From assembly GCA_009782385.1 (NCBI GenBank), contig WRJE01000004.1, positions 1,549 through 65,548 of the forward strand: a stretch of 64,000 nt of DNA. The letters are read 5' to 3'. The position numbers and the translations under genes were made by a program. Source of the stretch: Oscillospiraceae bacterium (GTDB lineage Bacteria > Bacillota > Clostridia > Oscillospirales > UBA929). The notes beneath the pieces were generated by a model. The model was not told the DNA's origin and did not search any database. It saw nothing but the letters and a program-made list of their open reading frames with translations. Positions 1-7,303 of the stretch are shown piece by piece. How positions within the stretch are numbered: the first letter of the stretch is position 1; each line of letters begins with the position of its first letter.

Positions 1-1
1 C

Positions 2-316
2 GTGATTGCTATTTATCATGTGCCCGAGGGCGAGAACTGCGAGTTTTTGCTTTTATCTTCGGATAATAAAGCGTTAATCGTGAATTCTAAGATTATCCCG
101 TTGAAATCAACAAGAACGACTATAGGCGTGGATACGATAAGTTTGCCGAAAGGACGCGAGTTGTCGTGCGTAATTAAAAATCCCGCGGCGTTATATCAAA
201 ACACGCAGCCCTACAGGAAAGCGAAAATTCCCGTGCGGGGCAGCGTGTTTACGCCCATAGATATAGAAGCGGACCAGATTTCTATGGATAGTATAATAGA
301 CGACGTTGATAATTGA
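2..316 (+). CDS. 3' end of an ORF that begins left of the window; function uncertain (faint resemblance to the C-terminal repeat region of type IIA topoisomerase A subunits)
   Basis: Open frame from the window edge to the stop at 314-316. AT-rich like the neighbouring element genes. No diagnostic motif recognised. Confidence 0.3.
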   Translation: MIAIYHVPEGENCEFLLLSSDNKALIVNSKIIPLKSTRTTIGVDTISLPKGRELSCVIKNPAALYQNTQPYRKAKIPVRGSVFTPIDIEADQISMDSIIDDVDN

Positions 317-320
317 GAAA

Positions 321-527
321 TCACTTAAATTTATTTTTATTCTTCGTCAGTTTGAGCGTAATCACGGCTGTCGCTATGCACGCAACTGCGGCGATTACTA
401 TGCCGATGATTTCGCGGTCGCCTGTTCCGGCTGCGATGTCCGGACCCTGTGCGCTCACTGAAACCGCGAAAATTATATTTAGTATGTATATTAATAAAAT
501 TGCAAAAATCCGTTTAATTATTTTCAT
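321..527 (-). CDS. Small secreted/membrane-anchored protein, hypothetical
   Basis: 68 aa. N-terminal signal-like hydrophobic segment ending VSVSAQG, a second hydrophobic helix, and a basic KNKNKFK tail. Confidence 0.4.
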   Translation of the reverse strand: MKIIKRIFAILLIYILNIIFAVSVSAQGPDIAAGTGDREIIGIVIAAVACIATAVITLKLTKNKNKFK

Positions 528-644
528 GATTTATATACCCTGCACCTTTATGTTTTTAATCTCTTAAAACTATTATAACATATAAATGTTTTAATGTCAA
601 CAGTTTATTAACATTTTTTTATTGGGTATATTTGTAATATTTAG

Positions 645-1958
645 TCAGTTAAGAATCAGCCAGAGTATTTTCGCGGTTTCCGCGCGCGTTATCCCTCCTG
701 AAGCGTTTAAATTATTATCTAACCATTTTGATTTGTCTATATATTTTGACGTGATTGACGCGGCGTTTGTCCTGCTTACTGATTTCTGCGGCCCGAACGC
801 GTAAGTTCTGCCGTCTGCGCCCGGATATAATTTATTATATAATCCGGCTTTGTAACACGCTTTCACGCTGTTTAACGCGTAGTTTGGGATTTTATCAATG
901 TCTGAAAACGGCAGTTTTACTCCGGAAACGTCCGAGTCTTTTATTTTTAGTTTTAAAGTCCTGACCATGAAAACCGCGAAATCAGAGTTATTAACTTCGG
1001 CTTTGGGCGAAAATTCTTTTTTCTGCGCATTATTCGCGGACGCCGCGACAGCGAACATTATGCCCGCTTCGTGCAAATCGTCCGCGTATTTAGCAGTTTG
1101 CGCGTCGTTATTTATATCGCTGAAATATATTGACTTTCCCAGAGAATTCGCGACGGTTTTATATATTAATTTATGCCCCGCGACATTCGGGTGGGGGTCT
1201 GTGTTAAACGTGAGAACCGAGGCGTTCAATACTTTTTTCGTTGATTTTTTAACTGCCGGCTGAACGTCGGCTATAATAAATTTATTTGACGCGCAGGTTT
1301 CTTTTATTATATTATTAATTTTATTTATATAAGTTTCGGCCGTATCATAAATGGGCTTGATAATTTTCTCGTAGTCTTTGTACGGATTATATACTGTTAA
1401 AAAAACGATTTTCGCGGTTTTGTTTTTCGCGAGAATCCCCGCGATTTTATCTATATCCGATTTAAATTTTTCGCAGGCTTTGTTTAAAGCTTTAATCATA
1501 TCGTCGTATTCTTTCACGCCGGGTTTAAAATATTCTGATATATAAGCCGAGATTAATTTCGGGTCGATTTGCTGCTGCGGGTAGTCCCCCATGCTTTCCG
1601 TATCTATATCCGGCGATAAATCTTCGAACGCGTTTGCGAAATTATTCAGGCCTATATTTACAGTTATAACAGACGCCGCCTGAAGCGCGGACGATAAATT
1701 TTTATCGGGATTTGATAGCTGCTTTAATAAATCCGCGGAATCAGCCCCGTCAACTGCGAAATCCCGAAGCTCGTGCGATAAATTTTTCGCGAGCAGATTA
1801 GGATAACTGTCGTTTGATTTATTTTTCAAGCCGTAGCCGGCGGCGATAGAATCGCCGAGCGATAAATATATTTTCGCGCTGTCCGCCGCGACAGAATTAA
1901 AGGGCAAAACGCACGACAAGAGCGCGATAAGCAAAATAAGCGCGGTTAATTTTTTCAT
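645..1958 (-). CDS. Secreted SGNH/GDSL-family hydrolase with C-terminal SLH-like repeats
   Basis: Signal peptide MKKLTALILLIALL. Block I GDSIAAGYG. C-terminal FSDI...ITRAETAKIL segments resemble S-layer homology repeats. GGAGGTG RBS. Confidence 0.8.
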   Translation of the reverse strand: MKKLTALILLIALLSCVLPFNSVAADSAKIYLSLGDSIAAGYGLKNKSNDSYPNLLAKNLSHELRDFAVDGADSADLLKQLSNPDKNLSSALQAASVITVNIGLNNFANAFEDLSPDIDTESMGDYPQQQIDPKLISAYISEYFKPGVKEYDDMIKALNKACEKFKSDIDKIAGILAKNKTAKIVFLTVYNPYKDYEKIIKPIYDTAETYINKINNIIKETCASNKFIIADVQPAVKKSTKKVLNASVLTFNTDPHPNVAGHKLIYKTVANSLGKSIYFSDINNDAQTAKYADDLHEAGIMFAVAASANNAQKKEFSPKAEVNNSDFAVFMVRTLKLKIKDSDVSGVKLPFSDIDKIPNYALNSVKACYKAGLYNKLYPGADGRTYAFGPQKSVSRTNAASITSKYIDKSKWLDNNLNASGGITRAETAKILWLILN

Positions 1959-2179
1959 AGATTAACACCTCCGTTAATATTATAATATATATTGAGGCAA
2001 TCTGTCAACACAAAAAATTTTTTTAAAAAAGGCTTGACAAAGCGGGGGGGGAGCTATAATATATAATGTGAGTAGCGCAACCCTATACTTTTGCATTAAA
2101 TTTAAACAAATAAATAAAGTTTTAGAAAAAACTATAAAAGCGATAAATGGGCAATAATAACGTGTGAGCGTTGAGTTTT

Positions 2180-3775
2180 ATGAAGCGTGTTTGTGCTTAT
2201 TGCAGGGTATCGACAGAGCAAGACGACCAGTTAAACAGCTTAGAGAATCAAAAAAGGTATTTTGAGCAATATATCAGCAATAATCTTGAATGGCAGTTTT
2301 GCGGGCTGTATGTTGACGAGGGTATATCAGGTACGAACGTCAATAAGCGTGCAGGGTTTCAGAAAATGGTACAGGACGCGGAAACACAAAAGTTTGACCT
2401 TGTGCTAACCAAAGAAATAAGCAGATTTGCCCGTAACACCTTAGACAGTATTTTCTATACCAGAAAACTAAAATCACTGGGCATAGGCATAGTTTTTATG
2501 AACGACAACATAAACACATTAGAGCCTGACGCAGAATTGAGATTAACAATTATGTCCAGTATAGCACAGGAAGAAAGCCGTAAAACCTCCGATCGTGTAC
2601 GGTGGGGACAGAAACGGCAAATGGAAAAAGGCGTTGTATTTGGGAAAGGTGTTTACGGCTATCACTTAAATAACGGTATGCTTTCTATTAACGAAGATGA
2701 AGCTAAGATAGTCAGACTGATATTCAAACTCTATCTTGATGAAGGTATGGGCGTATATGTTCTTTGTAAAGAACTTGAAAATAGGGGTATTCGCTCGCCT
2801 AGTGGTGATATGCGATGGAAAGACGCTAGTATACTGCGAATGTTACGCAATGAAAAATACTGTGGGACACTAAAGCAAAAGAAAGAAATCACGACCGATT
2901 ATTTAAGTCACAAAAGAAAACTCAACGAGGGTGAGGAAGATTTTGTTATCATCGAAAATAGCCATACTCCCATAATTGATAAACAGACTTTTGACAGAGT
3001 ACAACAGGAGTTAATAAGAAGACGCACTAAGCAAATTGAAAAGGGCAGACATTCTAACCGTTATGTATGGTCGGGCAAAGTGGAATGTTTTCATTGCAAA
3101 TCGAAGTTTAGACGCAAAGTAAACAATATGAACTCGCCATATCCTCAAACTGTATGGCAGTGTGGCGAAGCTAAAAAATACGGTAGTAAAAAAATCAACG
3201 CCAACGGTCAGATTGCAGGTTGTGACTGTAAGCAAATCCATGAGCTGATATTACAGGCTAGTTTTATGACTGCTTTAGATACGGTGCTAAAAAACAAAGA
3301 AAGTGTTTTAGAGAGGCTAAAAGATGTTATACATGGCACATTATCAGAAATAGGGGACTGTGCCGAAGAAACACGGGAAATTGAACGGGATATTGCACGG
3401 ATAAACGGGCGGAAAGTAAAGCTGATGGAACTGTTTTCAGGTGAAGCAATCACCAGAGCCGAGTTTAACAGTGTAAACGACCAGTACAACAAACAACTGG
3501 AAACCGTTTTTAAGCGTCAAGCTAAAGTCAATGAAACCATTGATAAAGCAGGAGATTTGAAAGAACGGCTTGCGAATATTGACACTTTATTATATAGCCT
3601 TTTCACTAACGCAGTATCCGAAGAAGATTTTATTTTCAGTGAAAAAGTGTGTAATGAGACATTGCATAAAGTGGTAGTTGAGAGCAGGGACAAGGTTAGT
3701 TTCTATTTGAAAGGTTGCGAAAACAATGAACCTTTTTTTATACCCCTTTCCCTAACGAAGTGGGGACTGCGTTAG
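2180..3775 (+). CDS. Large serine recombinase (resolvase/invertase N-domain, recombinase domain, zinc-ribbon/coiled-coil)
   Basis: N-terminus KRVCAYCRVSTEQDDQ...SRFARN (catalytic Ser motif). Central recombinase-domain motifs. Cys cluster CFHC...CGEAKKYG...CDC. ~530 aa. I prefer the ATG at 2180 over the TTG at 2171. Confidence 0.9.
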   Translation: MKRVCAYCRVSTEQDDQLNSLENQKRYFEQYISNNLEWQFCGLYVDEGISGTNVNKRAGFQKMVQDAETQKFDLVLTKEISRFARNTLDSIFYTRKLKSLGIGIVFMNDNINTLEPDAELRLTIMSSIAQEESRKTSDRVRWGQKRQMEKGVVFGKGVYGYHLNNGMLSINEDEAKIVRLIFKLYLDEGMGVYVLCKELENRGIRSPSGDMRWKDASILRMLRNEKYCGTLKQKKEITTDYLSHKRKLNEGEEDFVIIENSHTPIIDKQTFDRVQQELIRRRTKQIEKGRHSNRYVWSGKVECFHCKSKFRRKVNNMNSPYPQTVWQCGEAKKYGSKKINANGQIAGCDCKQIHELILQASFMTALDTVLKNKESVLERLKDVIHGTLSEIGDCAEETREIERDIARINGRKVKLMELFSGEAITRAEFNSVNDQYNKQLETVFKRQAKVNETIDKAGDLKERLANIDTLLYSLFTNAVSEEDFIFSEKVCNETLHKVVVESRDKVSFYLKGCENNEPFFIPLSLTKWGLR

Positions 3776-4121
3776 CTATGGCAAAATCCTCGCGGTTCAC
3801 GTAGTCGATAAGCGTCAGCCCGTTGTCATGCGCCTGCTCGAGCAGCCATAGCGGGATACGCCCGCCAATGCCTATTTGGTCGCCGCGCATAACATTTACT
3901 ATTTCATTGGGACTAAAGGCTTCGCCGATGATATTGACCGCACCCGCTTTCGTCAGCATAGGCAGCGGCCAGATGACGCACTCTGCCCGCGCCACGGCAT
4001 CTTCGATACTGTTTGCGGAGTTCTGCCCGATTCCCCAAGTGTATACCTTGTGACCGTCCTGCAAAAGCAGGCGCGTCAGCCGCGCTTGCCGTTCATCGCC
4101 GCCGATAACTGTATAAATCAA
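3738..4121 (-). pseudogene. dpaA: 5' part (~120 codons) of dipicolinate synthase subunit A, truncated at the recombinase-element junction
   Basis: TTG start preceded by GGGGAGGG. IYTVIGGDERQ...NREDFAIANAVPT is colinear with the N-terminal DpaA/SpoVFA family. After PT, six unrelated codons and a stop follow. The expected family length is roughly 290-300 aa. Confidence 0.75.
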
Positions 4122-4149
4122 AAAAAGCCCTCCCCATAGATACAACGCA

Positions 4150-4196
4150 CAGATAACAGATTACAGATAACAGATAGCCCTGCACACTGTTATCTG
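4150..4196. promoter_or_regulatory. Three copies of CAGATAACAG (two direct, one inverted) upstream of dpaA
   Basis: CAGATAACAGAT at 4150-4161 and 4164-4175. The inverted copy CTGTTATCTG is at 4187-4196. The motif lies 30-75 bp upstream of the dpaA start. Confidence 0.3.
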
Positions 4197-4238
4197 TTCA
4201 CTGAAACGGTTCTACCACATTGTATTCGGGGAGGGGGG

Positions 4239-4718
4239 TTATTGTGAGGATAATGTATCGACTACTTTAAGCAGCTCATCAATATTGACTTCATTGTTAA
4301 AATAAAAACAAATACAAAGAGTGGTCTCTTGGCTGTTTTCGATGTTAGCTGTAATGTCAGAAACTCTCATTTCATCGTTATATATATCACAAAGATAATC
4401 TTCTTCTCCATAAATCTCAAACCTATATTCGCTTGCTATTTGGTGATAATCCATACGGAGAGCTTTTTCTTTTGACAGTTTAATTTCAAGCCAGACGCAA
4501 TCAATATCAATTCCTATATCCCCGATACCATTCAACGAGATAACAGGAATTGGAAAAGTTTCTGTTACAAAAACTCCGTTATGCTTTACGGAATGGTTGT
4601 TGAAAAAACCGCTTTTTATCTGAATCCCCGATTTTTTCAAGGCTTTGCGTATTTCGTCATATTTCGCGCAAATCGGAGCGTATATCTCATTAAGATAATT
4701 CAATACTTCCATGTTCAT
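4239..4718 (-). CDS. Hypothetical cytoplasmic protein
   Basis: 159 aa from the ATG at 4718 (MNMEVLNY) with a GGAGGT RBS. No recognised motif. AT-rich. Confidence 0.5.
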   Translation of the reverse strand: MNMEVLNYLNEIYAPICAKYDEIRKALKKSGIQIKSGFFNNHSVKHNGVFVTETFPIPVISLNGIGDIGIDIDCVWLEIKLSKEKALRMDYHQIASEYRFEIYGEEDYLCDIYNDEMRVSDITANIENSQETTLCICFYFNNEVNIDELLKVVDTLSSQ

Positions 4719-4735
4719 TTTATTACCTCCATCGG

Positions 4736-4768
4736 CAAACAATCCTCGCAGGTGACAATATCAACACC
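4736..4768. repeat. Left copy of a 33-bp direct repeat (duplicate of the 3' end of the DUF1667 gene)
   Basis: caaacaatcctcgcaggtgacaatatcaacacc; 32/33 identical to 6956-6988. Confidence 0.95.
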
Positions 4769-5040
4769 TAAAATAGGTCTGAATGAGTGCCTGTGCGTGA
4801 AGCGGTTAATATCAGCTTTTTCCCGTCAATTAAGTAAATGAGAAGCCAGTCCGACTGAATGTGACATTCTCGAAACCCGTTATAATCTCCGGTCAGCTCA
4901 TGGTCACGGTGCTTCGGGGCAAGCGGCTTTTGCTCGCGGAGCGTTTGAATGATTTCGTCAAGCAGTTCAATTTTAAGACCGCGTTTTTTACATAGGTTGC
5001 GGTCTTTTCTATATTTTTTAGTTGTATGGAGAAATAACAT
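4768..5040 (-). CDS. yafQ: Type II toxin, YafQ/RelE family mRNA interferase
   Basis: KHRDHELTGDYNGFRECHIQSDWLLIYLIDG...RTGTHSDLF matches the YafQ C-terminal signature. The start lies just downstream of the antitoxin gene's stop (2-nt gap). Confidence 0.85.
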   Translation of the reverse strand: MLFLHTTKKYRKDRNLCKKRGLKIELLDEIIQTLREQKPLAPKHRDHELTGDYNGFRECHIQSDWLLIYLIDGKKLILTASRTGTHSDLF

Positions 5041-5042
5041 TA

Positions 5043-5342
5043 TTACGCATACTCCGCATCATACTCGGCATCTAACTCCGCATTGAGTTCGGTAACGGAG
5101 TTATAACCTTTAGATTGAATCTTGCCGCTTGCAATATCCCGCGCTTCTTTCATGGCGGCTAATGTTTCTTCGTTGTATTTTGGTAAAGTTATGTCGAAAG
5201 GCAAGCCGCCGACAATCATAGATTTGTGTAGAAAAATATTTACCGCGTCCGCTACGGTAAGTCCAAAATGAGAAAAGATTCCGTCAACGGTTGATTTAAC
5301 TTCGGGTTCAACCCTAATATTTATACTTGCAGTTTTAGCCAT
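5043..5342 (-). CDS. dinJ: Type II antitoxin, RelB/DinJ family (RHH)
   Basis: MAKTASINIRVEPEVKSTVDGIFSHFGLTVADAVNIFL is a typical DinJ N-terminus. It lies immediately upstream of yafQ. Confidence 0.85.
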   Translation of the reverse strand: MAKTASINIRVEPEVKSTVDGIFSHFGLTVADAVNIFLHKSMIVGGLPFDITLPKYNEETLAAMKEARDIASGKIQSKGYNSVTELNAELDAEYDAEYA

Positions 5343-5366
5343 ATCAATCACGTATAATAGAATCAA

Positions 5367-6943
5367 CCCAAGATTTGGGGGTGGTTCTATTATTTTCCCC
5401 TTTCATAAAATTTGGTTATATCAGCGGGATTAGCTGCCCGACAGATATAATAGATGTGGCGCTGCGGATTTGTACATCTTAATCTACGGCTTTGACTGTT
5501 TCGGGGTGACTCAAACCGCAGACACCTGTCTAAATTGGTAATCAGTTGGTTAACGCATTGACGTTTTATATGCGTGAGTACATGGCAGGTGTTCTGCGGC
5601 AAACCGTGCCGCGCCGAATACTATTTTTTGGAGGTCTGCCAATGAATAACGTAGGAATCGACATCTCAAAGTACAAACATGACTGCTTCATCGTCACCGA
5701 CTTCGGTGAGGTTTTGAACGAAGGTTTTTCCTTCGAGAACAACGCCAAAGGTTTTTCCATGTTGCTGGACGAGCTGCTCAAAAGCGACAAAGAAAACCTC
5801 AGAATTGGCTTTGAATCAACGGGAAACTACAGCATCAACCTCAAATTGTTTCTTGAGAAAAACGGGTATTCCTTCATGGAAATTAACCCGGTTCTCGTTA
5901 AAGAACATATCAAAAGCCAATCTTTGCGCCGTACCACAACGGACAAGCTCTCTGCAATGGCGATTGCAAACTATTTAATCTCAAAGGAGTATTTGCCCCA
6001 TCTGAAATCCTTTTACCACACCTTTTCACTCAAACAGCTAACGAGGCTCAGGAGCGACCTTGTACACCAACGCAGCCGGTATCTCGTTCAGCTCACAAAC
6101 GTATTAGATTGCGTCTTCCCTGAGTTTAAGCCGTTTTTTGACGGGAAGTTCTCGGCAACCGCTCTGTTCATATTGACAAATTATCCTTCTCCTGAAAAAA
6201 TCGCCAACATGAACGTGAAATCCTTTGATATTCTTCGCCGCAAATCCCGCGGCAAGTTTTCAATGGATAAGTTTGTCATGCTCAAACACTTAGCCAAGAA
6301 CACGGTGGGGATGTATACTGATTTCTATGGGATTCAGATGGATGCTCTTTTGGACATTTACTACCAAATCGACTGCAAGCTCTCTGAGGTTGACGCTGAA
6401 ATCACCAAAATCATTACTGAAATTAATCCGCCTACGCTCTCAATAAAAGGGGTCGGCGAGGTGTCGGCCGCTGTAATCGTCTCGGAGTTCGGTGACTTTT
6501 CCCGCTTTCCAAATCCGGGCAAAATGCTTGCCTTTGCCGGACTTGAACCCGGTTATTTCCAGTCCGGCATCGCCGAACATAACGGGCGTATGGTTAAACA
6601 TGGTTCAGCGCATCTGCGCTGTGCTATCCTGAACTGCTGTCGGGCGTTGCGTCTTCACAACGAGGTCTTCGCAGCCTATTACTTAAAGAAAATCGGCGAG
6701 GGCAAGGAACACGGGGTTGCCGTGAGCCATATGGCCAAAAAGCTAATTCGCCTGATTTTCACTCTTGAAACCAAGGGCGAGAGGTTTGACCCGGCTAAAC
6801 TGAGATAGTTTGACTTCTCTTCAAAATCGCCCTTTCACATGGGCTTGTTTGTTATACCGTTTTTCAGCTTGTGAATTTTATTTCAAAAAAGACTTGACTT
6901 CTAATAGTTGGTCACCCCACTTACAGTATACACCATTTTAGAA
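5367..6943 (+). mobile_element. IS110-family insertion sequence (ends not defined)
   Basis: Single DEDD-type recombinase gene flanked by ~275 bp (5') and ~135 bp (3') of non-coding DNA. No terminal inverted repeats, as expected for this family. Confidence 0.6.
5642..6808 (+). CDS. IS110-family transposase/recombinase (DEDD N-domain plus IS116/IS110/IS902 C-domain)
   Basis: MNNVGIDISKYKHDC..., then ...GVGEVSAAVIVSEFGDFSRFPNPGKMLAFAGLEPGYFQSG...KHGSAHLR. GGAGG RBS before the ATG at 5642. Confidence 0.9.
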   Translation: MNNVGIDISKYKHDCFIVTDFGEVLNEGFSFENNAKGFSMLLDELLKSDKENLRIGFESTGNYSINLKLFLEKNGYSFMEINPVLVKEHIKSQSLRRTTTDKLSAMAIANYLISKEYLPHLKSFYHTFSLKQLTRLRSDLVHQRSRYLVQLTNVLDCVFPEFKPFFDGKFSATALFILTNYPSPEKIANMNVKSFDILRRKSRGKFSMDKFVMLKHLAKNTVGMYTDFYGIQMDALLDIYYQIDCKLSEVDAEITKIITEINPPTLSIKGVGEVSAAVIVSEFGDFSRFPNPGKMLAFAGLEPGYFQSGIAEHNGRMVKHGSAHLRCAILNCCRALRLHNEVFAAYYLKKIGEGKEHGVAVSHMAKKLIRLIFTLETKGERFDPAKLR

Positions 6944-7303
6944 TCAAATACAACACAAACAATCCCCGCAGGTGACAATATCAACACCCGTGCCAAGTAT
7001 GTCCGTGACAACCACATCACCCGCAAGAATCGGCGGATTGATATGAGTGCGGCGCAGCACTTGCATACACGGCAGCAGCATTGCTTTAGGCAGCGGGAAC
7101 GCCGATTTTACAGGCACGGGCATACCGTTCCCCGCAACGGCAACCGTTGTTGTGAGCATACGGCGCGGGTCGAACAGCTCCGATTGCGCGTATGTCTCGC
7201 CGCGCTTGCAGGCATTGCCCGTCAGCTTGCTTATCTCCCCACCGTTAACGTCCGCGTTCATGCGGCAGCCCATGGGACACGAAATACACGTTATCTCTTT
7301 CAT
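6944..7303 (-). CDS. DUF1667 family protein of the anaerobic glycerol-3-phosphate dehydrogenase cluster
   Basis: MKEITCISCPMGCRM...CKRGETYAQSELFDPRRMLTTTV. ~120 aa. Follows the two flavoprotein genes, which is typical in Clostridia. Confidence 0.8.
   Translation of the reverse strand: MKEITCISCPMGCRMNADVNGGEISKLTGNACKRGETYAQSELFDPRRMLTTTVAVAGNGMPVPVKSAFPLPKAMLLPCMQVLRRTHINPPILAGDVVVTDILGTGVDIVTCGDCLCCI
6956..6988. repeat. Right copy of the 33-bp direct repeat (within the 3' end of the DUF1667 gene)
   Basis: caaacaatccccgcaggtgacaatatcaacacc; encodes GVDIVTCGDCL on the minus strand. Confidence 0.95.

Larger units (their letters stand above)
1..3758. mobile_element. Right-hand part of an integrated element bounded by a large serine recombinase and inserted in dpaA (left end outside the window)
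   Basis: AT-richer than the chromosome to the right. The recombinase gene abuts the point (~3759) where DpaA similarity of the convergent ORF stops. Confidence 0.55.
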
